The translations under genes were made by a program, and so were the position numbers. Positions 84,636 to 92,900 of a stretch of DNA of 248,000 bases are shown here, piece after piece. The notes under the pieces were generated by a model, which searched no databases, was not told the origin of the DNA, and saw only the letters and a program-made list of their open reading frames with translations. The stretch comes from Hyalangium minutum (GTDB taxonomy: Bacteria; Myxococcota; Myxococcia; Myxococcales; Myxococcaceae), in the NCBI RefSeq assembly GCF_000737315.1, contig NZ_JMCB01000004.1, positions 20,001 to 268,000 on the forward strand, read 5' to 3'. Positions within the stretch are counted from its first letter, which is position 1, and every line of letters starts with the position of its first letter.

Positions 84636-85829
84636 ATGACCAGAGCACGGTGGGTACTCGGCGGCGCGGGGCTCGGAGCGGCGGTGATGTACTGGGCGGA
84701 TCCACGCAGCGGGAGGGCCCGCCGGGCGCACGTCCGGGAGAAGGCGTGGCACCTGATGCTGAGCGTGGGGGATGCGTTGGAGGTGGTGGGGCGGGACATG
84801 GCGCACCGGGCGCGAGGGCTCGCGTTCAAGCTGCGCAGCCGGTTCCACGAGGAGGACGTGGACGACGTGACGCTGGAGGCGCGCGTGCGCTCGGCGCTCG
84901 GGCGGGTGTGCTCGCATCCGGGGTCGATCCAGGTCTCCTGCCGGCAAGGGCGGGTGGAGCTGAAGGGGCTGGTGCTGGCCAGCGAGGTGAAGCAGGTGCT
85001 CGCGCAGGTCCGCCATGTGCGCGGGGTCCAGGAGATCGACGATGACCTGGAGCCGCATCCGGAGGCGGGGAACCATCCGAAGCTTCAAGGGGGCATCGAG
85101 CGCCCGGGGGTGCGGCCGGAGTTGATGCAGCGGAGCTGGTCTCCGTCGGCGCGGTTCCTGGTGGGGCTGGGGAGCCTGGGGCTGCTGGCGTATGGGCTCT
85201 CGAGTCGAGGCGTGGTGCGGTGGGGGCTGGGCGGGGTGAGCTTGCTGCTGGGAGTGCGCAGCGTGACGAACGTGGAACTGCGGCGGCTGACGGGGGTGGG
85301 GGTAGGGCCGCAGGCGCTGACGCTTCATAAGGACATCACCGTGAGCGCGCCGGTGAATGAGGTGTTCGCGTTCTGGCAGGCCATGCACAACTTCCCGCGC
85401 TTCATGCGGCACGTGGAGGAGGTGCGGCTGCACAAAGAGGGCCGCTCGAGCTGGAAGGTGCGCGGGCCGGCGGGCATTCTCTTCGAGTGGGACGCGGTGA
85501 CGACACGTATCGAGCCCGGGAAGCTGCTCGAGTGGAAGAGCGTGGAGGGGGCGATGGTGGAGAACGCGGGCTGCATCCGCTTCGAAGATGTGGGGAACGG
85601 GCGGACGCGGCTGGACATCCGGCTGTCGTACAACCCACCGGCGGGAGCCATCGGGCACGCGTTCGCGCGGCTGCTGGGGGCGGATCCGAAGAGGCAGATG
85701 GACGATGATCTGCTGCGCTTCAAGTCGCTGATGGAGCTGGGCAAGACGACAGGGCACGAGACGGTGCGGCGGGACGAGCTCGTGCCAGGGCGTGGGGTGG
85801 AGAACTGGGTCTACTCGGAGCGGGGCTGA
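84636..85829 (+). CDS. BON + SRPBCC domain protein
   Basis: DDVTLEARVRSAL BON domain; NFPRFMRHV cyclase domain. Confidence 0.85.
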   Translation: MTRARWVLGGAGLGAAVMYWADPRSGRARRAHVREKAWHLMLSVGDALEVVGRDMAHRARGLAFKLRSRFHEEDVDDVTLEARVRSALGRVCSHPGSIQVSCRQGRVELKGLVLASEVKQVLAQVRHVRGVQEIDDDLEPHPEAGNHPKLQGGIERPGVRPELMQRSWSPSARFLVGLGSLGLLAYGLSSRGVVRWGLGGVSLLLGVRSVTNVELRRLTGVGVGPQALTLHKDITVSAPVNEVFAFWQAMHNFPRFMRHVEEVRLHKEGRSSWKVRGPAGILFEWDAVTTRIEPGKLLEWKSVEGAMVENAGCIRFEDVGNGRTRLDIRLSYNPPAGAIGHAFARLLGADPKRQMDDDLLRFKSLMELGKTTGHETVRRDELVPGRGVENWVYSERG

Positions 85830-85912
85830 GCGGTGGCAGGGTTGCCTGCTCGGTTCGGGTGGATCCGGACGGGGCTGCTTGTTAGGCACAGAACTTCACC
85901 CAAGGAGTAGCT

Positions 85913-86404
85913 GTGTTCCGACTCGAGACAGATCGGGCCCTCATCGAGGCCTTTCGCCCGCGGGATCGCCGGGTGATCGAGATGCCCGAGAACGTGATGT
86001 TCCCGCTCTTCGTGCGCGACTACCTGGCGTGGACGGAGACGTCGGGGGCACGGGTGTACCTGGTGTTCGCCGCGCCGGTCAGCCGCAAGCCGATTGGCAT
86101 CATCTTCCGGAGGGAGTCGCAGGACAGTGGGGTGGGCACGTCACGCATCTGCGAGTGGTGCCACAGCTACGGCTCGTCGAGCGAGGTGGGGCTGTTGACC
86201 ACGGACGTGAACAGCAAGCGCCGGGTGGGGGTGCACCTCTGCCTGGACCTGCGGTGCAAGGAGAAGCTGGAGGACGCGGCGGATCGGGCCGGGCGGCATC
86301 CGATCGAGATCCTCAAGCAGCTCCAGGAGCGCATGTTCCGCTTCGCGCACGAGGCGCTCGGCATCGAGGCCCAGCCCACGTCAGATCGGGCTGTCGTTCC
86401 GTAG
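85913..86404 (+). CDS. FBP/FusB C-terminal zinc-finger domain protein
   Basis: CEWCH and C-x-DL-x-C motifs. Confidence 0.75.
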   Translation: MFRLETDRALIEAFRPRDRRVIEMPENVMFPLFVRDYLAWTETSGARVYLVFAAPVSRKPIGIIFRRESQDSGVGTSRICEWCHSYGSSSEVGLLTTDVNSKRRVGVHLCLDLRCKEKLEDAADRAGRHPIEILKQLQERMFRFAHEALGIEAQPTSDRAVVP

Positions 86405-86451
86405 GAAGCGAGCGGGAGACCCATGAGGTAGGGTAGGGTGCTGAGGAGCGG

Positions 86452-87975
86452 ATGTCCGCCCTGCACTGGAGCCCACCCATGGGGAAGCGAGAGCCCTTGC
86501 TGGAAGAGAACCCGCGCTGCTTGCCAGTGGGGATGCAGGTGGGCCCGTGGCGGGTAGTGGGCTTCGGAGGGCTGGGGGCCTACGGCACCACGTATCAGGT
86601 GGAGCGGGTGGGGCGCGAAGACGAGGGACCGTTCGCGCTCAAGCTGGCGGTGTACCCGGGAGATGAGCGCTTCGAGCGCGAGGCGAAGCTGCTCTCGCGC
86701 ATCCGCAGCCCGTTCGTTCCGCGGCTCCATGATCAGGGCGTGTGGGAGTTCGCTTCGGGCCGCCATCCCTATCTCGTCATGGACTGGATCGACGGCGAGC
86801 CGCTGTATGAGTGGGCCGCGCGGCGAAACCCCTCGCAGCGGCAGGTGCTGGGACTGGTGGCGCAGGTAGCGCGAGCCCTGGCGGACACGCATGCGGCCGG
86901 GGGCCTTCACCGGGATGTGAAGGGCGCGAACGTGCTGGTGAGGCGCGCGGACGGTCAGGCGATCCTCACGGACTTTGGCGCGGGGGACTACCGGGGAGCG
87001 GAGACGTTGACGTCGAAGCTGTTGCCCCCGGGGACGCCGGCCTACCGCAGCCCCGAGGCGTGGGCATTCCTGAGTGCATTCCGGCGGCACCCCACCGTGC
87101 ACTACCCGGCCAGCACGTGCGACGACCTGTTTGCCTTGGGAGTGATGGCGTACCGGCTGGTGACGGACCAGTACCCGCCGTTGACGAACCCGTCGGTGCC
87201 CGGCTCGGAGGTGTGGCGAGAGGGAGGGGGTGGGCCGCGTCCGCCGAGTGCGCTCAATCCGCAGGTGGGCTCTGAGCTGGACAGGCTGATTCTCCGGCTG
87301 TTGGCGGTGGCTCCCGAGGAGCGATTTCAAGGTGTGGCGCAGGAGGCCGCCCAGGCAGCGGAGCGGGCCCGAGAGAGCATTCCCCCCGAGAGAGACACGC
87401 CGTTGTTCCGCTGGAGCTTGGGGCGTGGCCCGGGCTGGCGGTCACCGGAGGCGGTGAAGTGGGCAGAGGAGCGGGAGGCAGAGAGAGCGGAGCTCGCGCG
87501 GCGGAGGGCGGAGGAACGGGTTCGGGCCGCAAGTGCTGCGGTGCAGGTCCGCCCTGTCGAGTTCACGTGGACATGGGGTGTGGAGGGCGCAGCTGCGGCG
87601 GTGGCGGTGCTCCTCCTGCTCATGGTGGGCGCGGCGCTGAACCGTGCCCACGAGTTGCTCGAGGGCGTGGCTGCGGAGGGGGCGGCTGTGGCGGTGGGGG
87701 ATCGCCGACTCCACGTGCCTTGCGAGACGTGCGCTCGGAAGGAGCGGGAAGAGAGCACTGCCACCGTGACCCAGCCGCTGCCCGAGAAGCCGCTGCCAGG
87801 GCAGCGCAAGCCACCGTGCAACAAGAACGGACAGACGGAACTCAGGGGTGGGTGTTGGTACCGGCTCAACGATGCCAAGCCCCCCTGCGCAGAGGACAAC
87901 TACGTGTGGCAGGGAGCCTGTTACGCGCCGGTGCCCGCTTCCACGCGGCCCCAGCCCGCAGCGGATCCGCCGTAG
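86452..87975 (+). CDS. Ser/Thr protein kinase with Cys-containing C-terminal module
   Basis: ALKLA, HRDVKGAN, TDFG; C-terminal PC...GGCW...C...C. Confidence 0.9.
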   Translation: MSALHWSPPMGKREPLLEENPRCLPVGMQVGPWRVVGFGGLGAYGTTYQVERVGREDEGPFALKLAVYPGDERFEREAKLLSRIRSPFVPRLHDQGVWEFASGRHPYLVMDWIDGEPLYEWAARRNPSQRQVLGLVAQVARALADTHAAGGLHRDVKGANVLVRRADGQAILTDFGAGDYRGAETLTSKLLPPGTPAYRSPEAWAFLSAFRRHPTVHYPASTCDDLFALGVMAYRLVTDQYPPLTNPSVPGSEVWREGGGGPRPPSALNPQVGSELDRLILRLLAVAPEERFQGVAQEAAQAAERARESIPPERDTPLFRWSLGRGPGWRSPEAVKWAEEREAERAELARRRAEERVRAASAAVQVRPVEFTWTWGVEGAAAAVAVLLLLMVGAALNRAHELLEGVAAEGAAVAVGDRRLHVPCETCARKEREESTATVTQPLPEKPLPGQRKPPCNKNGQTELRGGCWYRLNDAKPPCAEDNYVWQGACYAPVPASTRPQPAADPP

Positions 87976-88152
87976 CCGCCAGGAATCTCACGCTGCGGAG
88001 GGAGCACCATATAAAGGTGGGAGTCAGTGGGGGCCTCTCCTCCGCAGGAGGGCCCTGGTTGGTCGTCACAGCTGACCAGTCAGCTGTGGCGAACGCCGAC
88101 TCCCCGCTGAGTGGTGACCGGAACGCAGCGAGTCGCAAGGGTCGGACAAAGA

Positions 88153-88191
88153 AAAGCCCCGGAATCACTCAAGAAAGTGACTCCGGGGCTT
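88153..88191 (-). terminator. Terminator downstream of tRNA(CAT)
   Basis: AAGCCCCGGA/TCCGGGGCTT stem with T-tract on the minus strand. Confidence 0.75.
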
Positions 88192-88192
88192 G

Positions 88193-88266
88193 TGGCCAGG
88201 GTCGGACTTGAACCGACTACCTGCGGATTATGAGACCGCCGCTCTAACCAGATGAGCTACCTGGCC
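88193..88266 (-). tRNA. tRNA with CAT anticodon (Ile2 or elongator Met)
   Basis: GGCCAGGTAGCTCA...GTCTCATAATC...GGTTCAAGTCC...CCTGGCCA; CCA not encoded. Confidence 0.92.
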
Positions 88267-88548
88267 GTGATGTGGGCGCCCTTACTACTGCTCCTGCATG
88301 CGCCATGCAACTGGTACGGACTGCGTACCGGGTGGAGCCCTGAAACCGGCTCCACGGGCGGCTCTATACCACACGGTTTTCCGGGGGCAACGAGAAGGAT
88401 GCGCTCTCGCAGCGTGCCCTGTTCAAGAGGTCTCCTATCGCCTCCCGGCCCAGGTCCCGGCGTCCAAGCCAGTGCAGCATGCACGGCTCCGAGATCGAGC
88501 GGCTGGCCCGTGGTGAGCATTGGCGAGGGAGTGCGCCCTTCCATACGC

Positions 88549-89466
88549 TCACTGAGCCATCGTCTCATCCCAGAAAAGGGGCTGGCATGAGTAGGGCTTG
88601 TCCTCCCAACGGCGGCTACAGTGATAGCCGTCTCCGCATACATCGGGGGCATGAGGATCGCAGTCTGGCATGCAGTGATAGCCGTCGCAGACCTTCCCAG
88701 CGCCGCAGGGCGGCAAGCCATCGCCACACTCCTCGACACACTCCATCCACACCTTGCCTGGATGCGGAGGGGCGTAGTCCACTTTGCATTGGCGACCATC
88801 AGGGCAGGGAGTCTGCTGGCACTGGGGGCCATACACCTGCGCGCACACGGAAACACCTTCACTGAACTGGATGCACTGCTGACCCGAGGGGCATCCGCGA
88901 GTCATGCACGTAGGCAGGCAGGCGAACTGGGGAACGGTGTCGGCGCAGAAGAAGCCCTCGGGACAGCCCTTGTTGTCGTCCATGCGGCAAGGTCGGGCAC
89001 ACCACTCCTCTTCACGGCCGCTGCACAGCCATTCAGGAGCGCAGGCATTCGCTTTGTCCCATGGAAGCGTGACGCAGCCGTCCCCTTCCTGGCGCGGACC
89101 CACGGGGACACAGCGGCGAACCTGGGGTCCGTCTCCCCAGGTGGCAATGCGGCGACAGACCTCGCCTTCCAGGCACTGCTCATCCGTCAGGCACTCGCTG
89201 TCAATGCAGGTGGTCCGTGGGTAGCGGTAATCGGAAAAGCAGCCCAGCGGCGGCTCACACTTCTCCTGGCCCGGACCACAGGGCCGCCCGTACGTCGTCA
89301 AGCGCATACGCTGGTCGTGGGTGAGGATGGGGCTGGCGCGCACCCCAGGGGGCGCATCCGTCGGCACCTCTGGCTTCAGCAGCCCCCACAGCAGCACCAG
89401 CAGGGGCAGAGGCAGCAGCACTCCCACGAAGACAGCTACCCACTTGCGCCAGCTCCTCGTCCGCAC
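88549..89466 (-). CDS. Cys-rich repeat exported protein
   Basis: N-terminal TM; >30 Cys in repeated C-x(4-6)-C-x5-C modules. Confidence 0.7.
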   Translation of the reverse strand: MRTRSWRKWVAVFVGVLLPLPLLVLLWGLLKPEVPTDAPPGVRASPILTHDQRMRLTTYGRPCGPGQEKCEPPLGCFSDYRYPRTTCIDSECLTDEQCLEGEVCRRIATWGDGPQVRRCVPVGPRQEGDGCVTLPWDKANACAPEWLCSGREEEWCARPCRMDDNKGCPEGFFCADTVPQFACLPTCMTRGCPSGQQCIQFSEGVSVCAQVYGPQCQQTPCPDGRQCKVDYAPPHPGKVWMECVEECGDGLPPCGAGKVCDGYHCMPDCDPHAPDVCGDGYHCSRRWEDKPYSCQPLFWDETMAQ

Positions 89467-89688
89467 CTACGGCGGCCCTCCGCACTCAAGACACTCCTTC
89501 GAGTGCTCCTTGCCACGCGCGCAGACCCGCTTGCGTTCCTGGTCCGCGCATCTCCTGATGATGATGACCTGTTCCTGCGCGTCCTTGTGGGCAGCCTTGG
89601 CAATGCGGCCGTCCTTGCCGAATTCAGAGGGGCAGCCGGTTGTTGCCATGACTGAAAGTACGAGCACTCCCGCCCGGAGCCAACCCAT
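89467..89688 (-). CDS. Small lipoprotein
   Basis: Lipobox TTGC; three further Cys. Confidence 0.6.
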   Translation of the reverse strand: MGWLRAGVLVLSVMATTGCPSEFGKDGRIAKAAHKDAQEQVIIIRRCADQERKRVCARGKEHSKECLECGGPP

Positions 89689-89808
89689 GAGTCCCTCCCG
89701 TGAAGGACCCTCGACGCTACCAGCGCGGATCCCGTTGCGTCCACGTTGCGGGCAGGGAGGTGGTGCCCAACGTGTCGCGATGAGCCCGCAGGTTGCGTGT
89801 GCGACTTC

Positions 89809-90168
89809 CTACTCAGGCCGGGGCGGCTCGTCCGCTCCAGGTACCAGAATCTTCTCGCCACGCATGCGGGCTCGGAACACCGCAGCCCGCATCAGAAAGA
89901 GGGTGGTGATCGGCGCGGTGAGAGCAATGAACACCGCGATGAGCAGCGCATGAAGATAGAGCTGGCTGTGCTCGAAGGAGATCTGCACCGCCGTGGCGAG
90001 TGCGAAGCCCCAGGTTCCCAGGGTCGCGCCCAAGGTCGGCGCGTGCACGCGCTGAAAGAAGCTCTTCAGACGCAGCAACCCGAACGAGCCGAGCAGTGCC
90101 GCCAGAGCGCCCACCACCACGAGCAACGCGGTCAGAGTATCCACCCACAGAGGAGTCCATCCGTTCAT
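89809..90168 (-). CDS. mrpG: Na+/K+:H+ antiporter subunit G
   Basis: FQRVHAPT; last gene of operon. Confidence 0.92.
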   Translation of the reverse strand: MNGWTPLWVDTLTALLVVVGALAALLGSFGLLRLKSFFQRVHAPTLGATLGTWGFALATAVQISFEHSQLYLHALLIAVFIALTAPITTLFLMRAAVFRARMRGEKILVPGADEPPRPE

Positions 90169-90443
90169 TCGATGATCTCCCCGCGCAGGAGGAACTTGGA
90201 CATTGCCGTGGAGCCCACGAACCCAAACAGGGCGATCAACAGCGCCGCCTCGAAGTAGGAACTGCTGCGGTAGATAAGCCCGAGCGCGAGGATGACCAGC
90301 ATCACGTTCAGGTACAGGCAGTCGAACGCCAGCACGCGGTCCTCCGCCCGGGGTCCGAGAATCATCCGTGCCAGTGCCAGCATCATCGCGAGGGCAAGAC
90401 AGCCCAGGGCGAAGGCCAGCGCCCAGGAGAGGAGAGGGCTCAT
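90165..90443 (-). CDS. mrpF: Antiporter subunit F
   Basis: GPRAEDRVLAFD. Confidence 0.92.
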   Translation of the reverse strand: MSPLLSWALAFALGCLALAMMLALARMILGPRAEDRVLAFDCLYLNVMLVILALGLIYRSSSYFEAALLIALFGFVGSTAMSKFLLRGEIIE

Positions 90444-90928
90444 TCGAAGATCTCCTGGAGCGAGCGCTCGTAGCGCTGCTTGATGAAAGCCACCAAAGCC
90501 TCCTCGCTCTGAATGGCGAGCACGTGCAGCAGCAGGACGCGATTGTCCGCCGACAGTTGTGCCCAGGCCGTGCCCGGCGTGAAAGTGACGATCATCGCCA
90601 GCACCGCCAACCCATTCGGATCCTTCAGCTCGAGCGGGATTTGGACAAACCCGGAGCGAACGGCGCTCGAGCGCTGGGTGAGGATCACCCAGGCCACCTC
90701 TGCGTTCGACCGCAACATCTCGAGCACGACCCGGCAGAACAGGCGTGCCATGACGAAGGGCTTGCGCAACCGCACGGGGGCGGGCCTGAGTCGGACGGTG
90801 ACCACGGGCCAGAACAGCGCCAGGGCGGCGCCCAATACCAGCGTGCCCGCGCTCACCGACTGCATGAGCAGAATCCAGAGCAGGAGCAGTGCCACCGAGA
90901 GCACAGGGAAAGGGATGAGCCTCCTCAT
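90440..90928 (-). CDS. mrpE: Antiporter subunit E
   Basis: IVTFTPGT, LLLHVL. Confidence 0.92.
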   Translation of the reverse strand: MRRLIPFPVLSVALLLLWILLMQSVSAGTLVLGAALALFWPVVTVRLRPAPVRLRKPFVMARLFCRVVLEMLRSNAEVAWVILTQRSSAVRSGFVQIPLELKDPNGLAVLAMIVTFTPGTAWAQLSADNRVLLLHVLAIQSEEALVAFIKQRYERSLQEIFE

Positions 90929-92565
90929 CGATCGTCCTCCCGCACCGTGGCCGGCGGCCGTACCGCTGCTCCGAGAACCGCGTCAATGTACCCCCGGCGG
91001 TCATAGAGGGATTGCGCCGTCGCGCGCGCGAGCTCCATCGTGGGCCCCGCTGCGAGCGTCAGCACTCCGCATGCGGCGAGGAGCGCCACCAGGGGCAACC
91101 CCTCCGGCGCACGAACCTGCGGGGGCGTGCGCTGCATCTCTGGCCAGAAAGTCCGGATCCCTGTCCGCGTGAGCGCGATGAGGGTGAGCAAGCCGCAACC
91201 CAGCAGCACGCCGGTGAACAGCCATGCACGGGGGGAGACAGGCGCGCTCCCGGAGCCCGGCCCAAGCGCCGCCGACAACATGCCGAGCTTGCCGATGAAG
91301 GTGGAAAGGGGAGGCAGGCCCGAGGTGAGCAGCGTGCACGCGACGAAGGCCATGCCCATCAGCGCGGTGGAAGCGGGGAAGGGCAGGGCGACGAGCGGCT
91401 CCCCCTCGTCGTCGAGGTTGACCTCCTGCGCTTCGAGCGTTGCGCTCAGGAAGGGCGCCTCGTCCACCGCCGTCGACCCCGTGCGCCACCGCTCGACAAG
91501 GTCAACGAGCAGGAAGAACGCGCTGGAGGCCAGCGTGGAGCTCACCAGGTAGAACATCGCGGAGCCGAGGACGGCTTCCTCTCCCAGCCCCAGTGCGGCC
91601 AGGAGCGTCCCGGCGGAGACCATCACCCCCGCCGCCGCCTGGACCGCGAGCCGCTGCGAGGCGATCATCCCCAGGGCCGCGAGCACCGCGGAGACCCCTC
91701 CGAACACGAACAGGCCGTCCGCGCCGAACCCCGCCAATGGCCCCCCGGCGAACATCAGCGTCCACAGCCGCATCAGTGCGTAGACACCGACCTTTGTCAG
91801 CACGGCGAACATCGCTGCCACGGGCGGAGTCGCCGACGCATAGGCGGGGACGAGCCAGAAGTTGAGCGGCCAGGCCGCCGCCTTGGCCAGGAACGCCACC
91901 GCGAGGATGGCTGCTCCCGCGTCGATGAGGTGTCTGTTGGCTACGTTCCCCTCGGAAAGGCGCGCGGAGAGCTCCGCCATGTTCAGCGTCCCCGTGACGC
92001 CGTAGATCATCGACACGCCGATGAGGAACAGTGACGAGGCGGCCAGGTTCACCGCCACGTAGTGCACCCCCGCGCGGACCCGCGGCTTTCCAGCGCCGTG
92101 CAGCAACAGGCCGTACGAGGCGGCGAGCAGGATCTCGAAGAAGACGAAGAGGTTGAAGACGTCGGCCGTCAGGAACGCGCCCGAGAGCCCCATGAGCTGC
92201 AGTTGAAAGAGCGGGTGGAAGTGAACGCCCGCGCGGTGCCAGCGCGCGGAGGCGAAGGAGAGCGCGCAGGTGCCCAGGATCCACGTCAGCACCAGCAGTC
92301 CCGCCGAGAGGCGGTCCACCGCGAGCGTGATTCCGAACGGCGCGGGCCAGTTGCCGGGCAGGTAGGCCACCGCGCCGTAGGCGTCCACCCAAGCGAAGAG
92401 TGCCACCGAGAGGGCGAGCCCCAGGAGCGCGGAGCTCATCCCCAGCACCAGCTTGGCGGGGCGCCTTCCCTCGCCCATGAGGACCATCACCGCCGCGATC
92501 AACATCGGCAGGAGGATGGGGGCCACCATCAAGTGGGGCATCAGGCCTTGGATGAGTGCCGTCAT
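90925..92565 (-). CDS. mrpD: Antiporter subunit D
   Basis: DVFNLFVFFEI, KAAAWPLNFWL, LTKVG. Confidence 0.93.
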   Translation of the reverse strand: MTALIQGLMPHLMVAPILLPMLIAAVMVLMGEGRRPAKLVLGMSSALLGLALSVALFAWVDAYGAVAYLPGNWPAPFGITLAVDRLSAGLLVLTWILGTCALSFASARWHRAGVHFHPLFQLQLMGLSGAFLTADVFNLFVFFEILLAASYGLLLHGAGKPRVRAGVHYVAVNLAASSLFLIGVSMIYGVTGTLNMAELSARLSEGNVANRHLIDAGAAILAVAFLAKAAAWPLNFWLVPAYASATPPVAAMFAVLTKVGVYALMRLWTLMFAGGPLAGFGADGLFVFGGVSAVLAALGMIASQRLAVQAAAGVMVSAGTLLAALGLGEEAVLGSAMFYLVSSTLASSAFFLLVDLVERWRTGSTAVDEAPFLSATLEAQEVNLDDEGEPLVALPFPASTALMGMAFVACTLLTSGLPPLSTFIGKLGMLSAALGPGSGSAPVSPRAWLFTGVLLGCGLLTLIALTRTGIRTFWPEMQRTPPQVRAPEGLPLVALLAACGVLTLAAGPTMELARATAQSLYDRRGYIDAVLGAAVRPPATVREDDR

Positions 92566-92900
92566 GCCTCGGTGCCGTCCACGTGATCAGTCCCGGTCAT
92601 CCCGCGTGAGGCCAGGACGATGACCAGGAGGAGGGCCGTCATCGCAAAGCTGATGACGATGGCTGTCAGCACGAGCGCCTGAGGGACCGGATCCGTGTAG
92701 TGGGCGAGGTCCGGTGGGACGCCGTCCGCGAGGATGGGCTCCTTGTCGATGGCCAGGCCGCCGATGCTGAAGATGAAGAGGTTGACCGCGTAGGAGATGA
92801 GCGACAGTCCGACGACCAGCTGGAACGTGCGGGGCCGCAGCAGGAGCCAGACGCCCGAGCCGATCAAGATGCCGATCGCGAGTGCAAGTACAACTTCCAT
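92562..92900 (-). CDS. mrpC: Antiporter subunit C
   Basis: DPVPQALVLTAIVI. Confidence 0.95.
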   Translation of the reverse strand: MEVVLALAIGILIGSGVWLLLRPRTFQLVVGLSLISYAVNLFIFSIGGLAIDKEPILADGVPPDLAHYTDPVPQALVLTAIVISFAMTALLLVIVLASRGMTGTDHVDGTEA

